From: a virus
Lineage: Duplodnaviria; Heunggongvirae; Uroviricota; Caudoviricetes
Virus record (IMG/VR): IMGVR_UViG_3300025898_000004
Coordinates: 1 to 30,451 of that record
Reading direction: 5' to 3' (one strand)
DNA length: 30,451 nt
The position numbers were made by a program, and so were the translations under genes. How positions within the stretch are numbered: the stretch's first letter is position 1; each line of letters begins with the position of its first letter. The notes beneath the pieces are model-generated. The model made no database searches. It saw only the letters and a program-made list of their open reading frames with translations, and had not been told where the DNA came from. Below, one piece after another: positions 1 to 4,602 of the stretch.

Positions 1-15
1 TTGTATCCCCCTCTT

Positions 16-209
16 TTGGGGACCCGGAACTCATTCACACGAAGCAAGATCGGGGCAGGCCCGTACGCGACCCGTTTCAGCTATCCCGTGGCCGTCTAGA
101 ACAGCCTTGGGAATCAACGCCTATCCGCTCGAAGACGTGGCTGCCGCATCGTAACGGACCCTTTGGGTATCGCAGGGTCACCGGGCATTCTGTCTTAGGC
201 GGTCCCCAA
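16..209 (-). ncRNA. Putative ~195 nt structured RNA of unknown family
   Basis: Closed by TTGGGGACC (16-24) / GGTCCCCAA (201-209); no credible ORF; lies directly downstream of tRNA-Ser. Confidence 0.35.
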
Positions 210-211
210 CG

Positions 212-292
212 CAGAGGGTAAAGGAATCGAACCCTCAGGTATTACCCTGGCCCGGACTTCGAAACCGGTTTGCCGCCACGGCGCTACCCTCC
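212..292 (-). tRNA. tRNA-Ser(CGA), long variable arm
   Basis: Acceptor GGAGGGT/ACCCTCT, G73, anticodon loop TTCGAAG, variable hairpin CAGG/CCTG, T-loop TTCGATT. Confidence 0.8.
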
Positions 293-354
293 ATTGGTGT
301 GCCCCCACAACCGCCACAGTCAGTGAGGGCACTACGGACCTATAGGAGGTCCAG

Positions 355-425
355 AGCGGGTACGGGGAATCGAACCCCGGCCTGTTGCTTGGAAGGCACT
401 AGTTCTACCATTAAACTATACCCGC
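355..425 (-). tRNA. tRNA-Gly(TCC)
   Basis: GCGGGTA acceptor, loop CTTCCAA, T-loop TTCGATT, U73; anticodon stem only 3 bp. Confidence 0.88.
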
Positions 426-436
426 ATTGCCTTGCG

Positions 437-508
437 CTGACCTAGTAGGATTCGAACCTACATCTAACTCGTTAACAGCGAGTCGCTTTGCCGTTAAGCT
501 ATAGGCCA
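437..508 (-). tRNA. tRNA-Asn(GTT)
   Basis: Canonical cloverleaf, ACTCG-CTGTTAA-CGAGT. Confidence 0.93.
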
Positions 509-515
509 CCGAACA

Positions 516-935
516 CTAACTCACAACATCAGTGTAGCCGATTTCCTTGGCGCGATACAACCGCTTCGCCTTAACGCAAAGAGAACACTTACATTTCGTT
601 TCCTGGTAACAACGCATCGTACCGTGTTGTTGCGGTGACGTGTTCTTGTTGTATCCGCCGCCAGCTTCCCGATTTGCTACCGTCTTTGCCCTGTGGCAAT
701 CGTGACAAAGGAGCTGACACTTCTTCAACTCGACTAGGATTGAATCCCATGAACGATCCAGGTCCTTGCCGCTCATCCTGAAACTCGCACTGCCGGGGGC
801 CTTGTGATCAAACTCCAGGTTGTTCCTCGAACCGCAAGTCACACACTTGCCGCCCAGCATCTCCACCAGGATGGATCGACGTTCGGTACGTCGGGCTGCC
901 ATGTACGACCGCATGTATTCATTGCTACTCTTCAT
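516..935 (-). CDS. HNH endonuclease (free-standing, within tRNA array)
   Basis: CVTCG...LEFDH...CQLLCHDCHRAKT motif; C-terminal HGT..CY..C.C..C motif. Confidence 0.88.
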   Translation of the reverse strand: MKSSNEYMRSYMAARRTERRSILVEMLGGKCVTCGSRNNLEFDHKAPGSASFRMSGKDLDRSWDSILVELKKCQLLCHDCHRAKTVANREAGGGYNKNTSPQQHGTMRCYQETKCKCSLCVKAKRLYRAKEIGYTDVVS

Positions 936-1078
936 GCGGTAATCTTAACATAGTCGCTCTGCCACATGCAAGGGTGGAAGCCCGATAGACGTTCTAGACC
1001 TATCACGCCCGCGTCCTGTGTGCGCACACTTAGGGGTCGAACTCCGGCACTCGGGCCAACATGCCGGATGGTATAACG

Positions 1079-1174
1079 AGAGGCGGCTTACCATTAGCCG
1101 ACAGCTAGTCACCCCGTGGCGTTTGTTTTACCACGTGCTTTCACCAGCTGGATTCGAACCAACATTACCCCTCT
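1079..1174 (-). ncRNA. Permuted tRNA-like element (T arm precedes D arm), no Y-type stem
   Basis: AGAGG-ggtaat-GTTGG TTCGAAT CCAGC ... GGCT AATGGTA AGCC-g-CCTCT; terminal AGAGG/CCTCT pair at anticodon-stem position. Confidence 0.5.
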
Positions 1175-1176
1175 AG

Positions 1177-1252
1177 TGGCAGCGGTGGGATTTGAACCCA
1201 CGATCTCCGACTTATGAGGACGGCGAGGACGACCGAACTCCTCTACGCTGCT
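1177..1252 (-). tRNA. tRNA-Met(CAT), initiator-like
   Basis: Loop CTCATAA, A1:C72 mismatch, T-loop TTCAAAT. Confidence 0.85.
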
Positions 1253-1257
1253 CTAGA

Positions 1258-1313
1258 TGGCACACGGGCAGTGGTGCTTGCGCCCCTAAAGGGTACTGAC
1301 ATGCCCGTGTGCC
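1258..1313 (-). ncRNA. Small hairpin RNA, paralog of 1881-1949
   Basis: GGCACACGGG/CCCGTGTGCC stem followed by ATCTAG, same flank as 1881-1949 element. Confidence 0.4.
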
Positions 1314-1415
1314 GTGGCCGCAGTGTTTAAGGTCAGGCGGCCATTCACCTATTGATTCCTTCAGTACAGTCGGGAGAAACTTGGGGGGATCATCCGACAA
1401 ACGAAGGAATAAGTA

Positions 1416-1565
1416 TGACACCGAGAACCAGTCGATACAGGTCTTTCAAGTAGGACCGCCGCTCTACCAACTGAGCTACAGGCGCAGGGAGAGCGCCCGC
1501 CAGGAATCGAACCTGGGCCAGCGGTTTGGATTCCAGAAGTAACCCACATCTTCGCATCGGTGTCA
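1416..1565 (-). ncRNA. Y RNA/YrlA-like RNA A (T arm-closed acceptor stem-D arm)
   Basis: TGACACCGA/TCGGTGTCA terminal stem; GATGCGAAG..GGGTTACTTC; T arm CCAGG TTCGATT CCTGG; closed stem CGGGCGC/GCGCCTG; D arm GCTC AGTTGGTA GAGC; TGGTTCTC. Confidence 0.75.
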
Positions 1566-1571
1566 GCTAGC

Positions 1572-1642
1572 GGTTCCGAGAACCAAATAACCCAGGCTAT
1601 TTTCATTGCGATTGAAGTATCCCGGGTCTTCGCATCGGAACC
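1572..1642 (-). ncRNA. Minimal Y RNA-like RNA B (no tRNA-like domain)
   Basis: GGTTCCGA/TCGGAACC stem; GATGCGAAG-ACCC-GGGATACTTC; TGGTTCTC; AU-rich loop. Confidence 0.65.
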
Positions 1643-1644
1643 AG

Positions 1645-1716
1645 TCGGGGAGGGGAGAATCGAACTCCCGGCATCCTGTACCCAAAACAGGCACTCTACC
1701 ACTGAGCTACGCCCCG
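1645..1716 (-). tRNA. tRNA-Pro(TGG)
   Basis: CGGGGCG acceptor, CCTGT-TTTGGGT-ACAGG. Confidence 0.93.
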
Positions 1717-1866
1717 GTCACCAATATCATGCCGGCTCAGCCGGCGTTTCTTGCCCACGAACCGTAGGTACCGGAACGGATCCCGGTCCCGTCGGCCGTT
1801 GTCCTTGAACTTGTGCGCCTTGCACATGGCGCACCCTTTCCACCGCCTGTGTGGGGAGTGGGCCAT
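1696..1866 (-). CDS. Small basic hypothetical protein (56 aa, MAHSPHRRWKGCAMCKAHKF...)
   Basis: AGGAG RBS; CxxCxxH motif; below the ORF-track cutoff; 3' end overlaps tRNA-Pro. Confidence 0.6.
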   Translation of the reverse strand: MAHSPHRRWKGCAMCKAHKFKDNGRRDRDPFRYLRFVGKKRRLSRHDIGDRGVAQW

Positions 1867-1880
1867 TGTTATCTCCTAGA

Positions 1881-1949
1881 TGGTGCACACGGTCCCCGGT
1901 GCGCTTTTCCGGGTGGCTGGACGTCCACTGTTAGCAACCTACCGTGTGC
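1881..1949 (-). ncRNA. tRNA-like three-way junction ending in ACCA
   Basis: 9-bp GCACACGGT/ACCGTGTGC stem + ACCA; two internal 5-bp hairpins. Confidence 0.45.
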
Positions 1950-1952
1950 CCG

Positions 1953-2024
1953 CGCTCGCGACGGGGATCGAACCCGCGACCTTCGCCCTGACAAGGCGTT
2001 GCGCTACCACTGCGCCACGCAAGC
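1953..2024 (-). tRNA. tRNA-Asp(GTC)
   Basis: Cloverleaf, loop TTGTCAG, G73. Confidence 0.9.
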
Positions 2025-2182
2025 ATGATCGGCGGGGCAGCGCGCCTCTCAGAGACAGCCGCCGTGAAGCGGGTTACCATCCCCGCCGGTACCAACGGAT
2101 ACCGTGCCGACTTCGCACACCCGGACCCCGTCGGCTAGGGATAACTGTCCGGTCAGACATGCGGTCCGTTGGTTGACTGAAG

Positions 2183-2343
2183 ACCGGAAAGAGGTGGCCC
2201 GAGAACCAATCGGCACAGGACACGTAGTGCTCTGCCAATTGAGCTACCGGCCCATAGGTGGACCGGATAGGATTCGAACCTACAACCACTCGATTAATAG
2301 TCGAAGTAACCCACGCCTTCGCATCGGGTCACCTCTTTCCGGT
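2183..2343 (-). ncRNA. Y RNA/YrlA-like RNA C containing a complete circularly permuted tRNA-Asn-like cloverleaf (anticodon ATT)
   Basis: ~20-bp terminal stem ACCGGAAAGAGGTG../..CACCTCTTTCCGGT; conserved motif; order AC arm, T arm, acceptor 3' CCGGTCC, loop ACCTAT, acceptor 5' GGGCCGG, D arm. Confidence 0.8.
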
Positions 2344-2345
2344 GA

Positions 2346-2469
2346 TCCCCGCGAGAACCAAGTAAGCCAGGTTGGGCAGTGCATTTTCGCGGATTTGAAC
2401 CACGATCTTACTTCACTTATGGAGTGAAATAATTTATCCGAAGTAACCCGACTCTTCGCATCGCGGAGA
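2346..2469 (-). ncRNA. Y RNA-like RNA D carrying AC arm (CAT) and T arm only
   Basis: TCTCCGCGA/TCGCGGGGA stem; conserved motif; TTCAC-TCCATAA-GTGAA; CGTGG TTCAAAT CCGCG. Confidence 0.68.
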
Positions 2470-2480
2470 GTAAAGCTTGG

Positions 2481-2620
2481 CCTCACGAGAACCAATCGAA
2501 TCAGGTTAGTAGACCCGGGACTCGAACCCGGAACCTCTCCCCTCATTGGGGAGCGCTCTACCGATTGAGCTAGTCCGCTGAGTTGGTAGCGGAAGTAACC
2601 CAATCCTTCGCATCGTGAGG
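2481..2620 (-). ncRNA. Y RNA-like RNA E enclosing a normal-order tRNA-like cloverleaf
   Basis: CCTCACGA/TCGTGAGG stem; conserved motif; internal AGCGGAC..GCTC AATCGGTA GAGC..CTCCC CAATGAG GGGAG..CCGGG TTCGAGT CCCGG GTCTACT. Confidence 0.72.
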
Positions 2621-2723
2621 TGTTCAAGTTTGGAATTGTCAAAGAAAGTCGCCGCACTCAAGGGCATTCAGTTGACGGGACGCGGAACGTGTTCTGCCAC
2701 AAAAGGGCCTGTCCGCATCCCCG

Positions 2724-2797
2724 TTGCGCAACCTGGAATTGAACCAGGGTCCGCCTCATTATCAGTGAGGTGCTCCAACCGACTGAGCTATTGCGCA
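2724..2797 (-). tRNA. tRNA-Ile(GAT)
   Basis: Canonical cloverleaf, CCTCA-CTGATAA-TGAGG. Confidence 0.93.
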
Positions 2798-2942
2798 TCG
2801 TGTATGTAATTGTAACCGGGCGGTCAAGGGGATTCCATGGATCCCTTTGACGACCCGAGGGAGACTTTTCGGGCACAGCAGCCTAAATCCCAATGCACTT
2901 CCAGCCGGACCAACCGGTGATCAACTCCGATCGGGTACCACG

Positions 2943-3015
2943 TGGGAAGGGACGGTTTCGAACCGCCGGCCTCTCCCTTTTCAGGGGAGCGCTCTACCAA
3001 CTGAGCTACCGACCC
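2943..3015 (-). tRNA. tRNA-Phe(GAA)
   Basis: CTCCC-CTGAAAA-GGGAG; two mismatches in acceptor stem. Confidence 0.87.
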
Positions 3016-3025
3016 ATGTTGTGCG

Positions 3026-3098
3026 TGAACCCGGCAGGTCTCGAACCTGCGACCCCCAACTTAAGAGGATGGTGCTCTACCAGCTGAGCTACGAGTCC
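3026..3098 (-). tRNA. tRNA-Lys(CTT)
   Basis: Loop CTCTTAA; U30:U40 mismatch in anticodon stem. Confidence 0.9.
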
Positions 3099-3112
3099 AT
3101 GTAATTGTGACG

Positions 3113-3184
3113 CTTCCCGTCTAGGATTCGAACCTAGATCCCCGGAACCAAAATCCAGTCTCTTGCCGATTAGAGCAACGGGAA
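3113..3184 (-). tRNA. tRNA-Gln(TTG)
   Basis: TTCCCGT/ACGGGAA acceptor, loop TTTTGGT. Confidence 0.9.
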
Positions 3185-3188
3185 CCGG

Positions 3189-3262
3189 TGCCCCCGGTAG
3201 GATTCGAACCCACGACCCGCCGGGTAAAAGCCGGCTGCTGCTTCCATCTGAGCTACGAAGGC
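3189..3262 (-). tRNA. tRNA-Lys(TTT)
   Basis: GCCGG-CTTTTAC-CCGGC, canonical T arm. Confidence 0.9.
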
Positions 3263-3366
3263 ATTCAGTTGTGAAAGACGGGGTGGTCCGATGGTTTTCA
3301 CCACCTACCCGAGACAGACGTACCCCTAGCGTGGGCAGTCGTACCCGCCTCCTCGGTCTCTCCGCG

Positions 3367-3438
3367 CTGCCCACCTAGGACTCGAACCTAGATTACCTGA
3401 ATCAGAGTCAGGATTCCTGCCGTTTGAAAGAGCGGGCA
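3367..3438 (-). tRNA. tRNA-Gln(CTG)
   Basis: CCTGA-CTCTGAT-TCAGG. Confidence 0.9.
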
Positions 3439-3514
3439 TTAAGTTGTATCCGGCGTTCAGGGGCTAGCAACCCTGAACTTTATGCGTGCGCAACGGCAGC
3501 CGGATCTACCAACG

Positions 3515-3589
3515 AGCCCCCAGTAGGATTCGAACCCACGACCCTCCGCTTACAAGGCGGACGCTCTGGCCAGACTGAGCTATAAGGGC
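3515..3589 (-). tRNA. tRNA-Thr(TGT)
   Basis: TCCGC-CTTGTAA-GCGGA. Confidence 0.93.
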
Positions 3590-3605
3590 ATTATTCAGTT
3601 AAAAG

Positions 3606-3676
3606 GACGACCGACGGGAGTTGAACCCGCATCGCTGTAGCCATACCAGTGCACTACCTATTATGCTACGGCCGTC
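3606..3676 (-). tRNA. tRNA-His-like with shortened/degenerate anticodon arm
   Basis: 8-bp acceptor GACGGCCG/CGGTCGTC (G-1:C73 His hallmark), intact D and T arms, 15-nt AC arm CTGGTATGGCTACAG. Confidence 0.55.
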
Positions 3677-3717
3677 ACCCCGAGGGGCAAGTCATTTTGT
3701 TGAAGTTGTGTCGTGCG

Positions 3718-3790
3718 TGGACCTGACAGGACTTGAACCCGCCACCCCCTGTGTGCAAAACAGGTGCTCTACCCGATGAGCTACAGGCCC
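3718..3790 (-). tRNA. tRNA-Ala(TGC)
   Basis: Loop TTTGCAC; G3:U70 identity pair present. Confidence 0.93.
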
Positions 3791-3991
3791 AGAGATACGG
3801 TACAGGCGCAGGAGTTTCAACGCGGAAAGGTAGCACGAGAAAACCGCTCCACACCTTCGCTCCGCCCCGGGACTAACCTCGATGTGTGCTTCCCCTTCCG
3901 GTTTGGTGACGTTCACGCCCGTATCGCATTAAGTTGTGGGTGAGGCCAACACGGTGGGTGTCGCGCATGACAACACCGCGCTGACCTCTCG

Positions 3992-4064
3992 TAGGGATTG
4001 AGGGAGTCGAACCCCCGACCCGCTCTTTGTAAGAGAGCCGCTCGTCCCGCTGAGCTAAATCCCT
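3992..4064 (-). tRNA. tRNA-Val(TAC)
   Basis: GCTCT-CTTACAA-AGAGC. Confidence 0.93.
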
Positions 4065-4083
4065 ATATGAAATCCCTATAAGG

Positions 4084-4157
4084 CTTCACTGAGAACCGGA
4101 GAGCACCAGGTGTCATTTCGCCAATTGAAGTAACCCAGCGCGTTCGCATCAGTGAAG
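4084..4157 (-). ncRNA. Minimal Y RNA-like RNA F (first element after the RNA-island promoter)
   Basis: CTTCACTGA/TCAGTGAAG stem; GATGCGAAC-GCGCT-GGGTTACTTC; CGGTTCTC. Confidence 0.62.
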
Positions 4158-4221
4158 TTGTCGTTCGTGTCCGCCTTGCTGGTGTCTGTCCGGGGGAGTG
4201 CGTCCCGTCCTGACACGAAGA

Positions 4222-4250
4222 ACATTACCCGGCCGATCCTGGGGTGTCAA
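4222..4250 (-). promoter_or_regulatory. Housekeeping-sigma-type promoter driving the tRNA/Y RNA island
   Basis: TTGACA-N17-TAATGT. Confidence 0.8.
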
Positions 4251-4411
4251 CCCTTCTTCGGATTTTTCTTCCCACCAGCCTGTTCCTGCTGGTCACGGAA
4301 GGTTTTCCACGCCCGATCCAGGTGCGCCGTCGGATCCGGCAACAACCACTCCGCCACCACGTCCACCACCCGGGACACCCACCCCAACCTCTTCAGCTCC
4401 GCCACCATCAT
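4247..4411 (-). CDS. Hypothetical protein (54 aa, MMVAELKRLGW...)
   Basis: GGGAGG RBS before ATG; stop codon lies inside the -35 box. Confidence 0.5.
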   Translation of the reverse strand: MMVAELKRLGWVSRVVDVVAEWLLPDPTAHLDRAWKTFRDQQEQAGGKKNPKKG

Positions 4412-4571
4412 CACCCTCCCTGTCCAGCCGATTGACGGCCGCCCACACAGCCCGCACGTCCTCATCATCGCGGAAATCCCGCAACGCCTCGCCCACCTCC
4501 GCGCCGGACAGATCCCGCTTGGCCAGCACCCGGCACACCGCGATGAGACAGTCCACCAGCCCCACCGTCAT
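4293..4571 (-). CDS. Hypothetical protein (MTVGLVDCL...)
   Basis: GGAGG RBS; C-terminal part overlaps the next ORF, so the end is uncertain. Confidence 0.4.
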   Translation of the reverse strand: MTVGLVDCLIAVCRVLAKRDLSGAEVGEALRDFRDDEDVRAVWAAVNRLDREGDDGGGAEEVGVGVPGGGRGGGVVVAGSDGAPGSGVENLP

Positions 4572-4602
4572 ACCCTCCGGCGTGCGACAGTCCGTCGACG
4601 TC

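Noticed and set aside
160-209. Twister ribozyme (CCGCCTAA...AATGCCCGG resemblance)
   Set aside because: The conserved CAAG loop and pseudoknot partners are not found.
212-292. tRNA-Sec or tRNA-Arg(TCG) call
   Set aside because: The best stem register places CGA at 34-36, with a 7-bp acceptor, long variable arm and G73, consistent with Ser.
960-1176. tmRNA (one- or two-piece)
   Set aside because: GGACGCGGG and TTCCACCC resemble tmRNA 3' motifs, but there is no T arm at the 3' end, no proper acceptor pairing or CCA, no tag ORF, and the region is too short.
2061-2080. Plus-strand GCCGTGAAGCGGGTTAC as a seventh Y-handle
   Set aside because: It is on the wrong strand for the island and has no matching GGTTCTC 3' half or terminal stem.
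2091-2173. HDV-like or hammerhead ribozyme assignment
   Set aside because: GCGAA+P2-like and CTGA motifs are present, but there is no room for P3/L3/P1 order and no CUGANGA/GAAA core; kept only as an unassigned structure.
3794-3925. SRP (4.5S) RNA
   Set aside because: It has a CC-GGAA-GG hairpin but lacks the conserved CAGG/AGCAG symmetric-loop residues.
1416-4157. CRISPR array interpretation of the GAAGTAACCC...TTCGCATC repeat
   Set aside because: The repeats come as paired 5'/3' halves with covarying stems, irregular spacing and tRNA-like interiors; no cas genes are present.
1212-4435. Short ORF-track ORFs over the tRNA region (e.g. 1361-1702, 2280-2657, 3006-3374)
   Set aside because: They are translations of tRNA/Y RNA sequence with no RBS or protein-like features.
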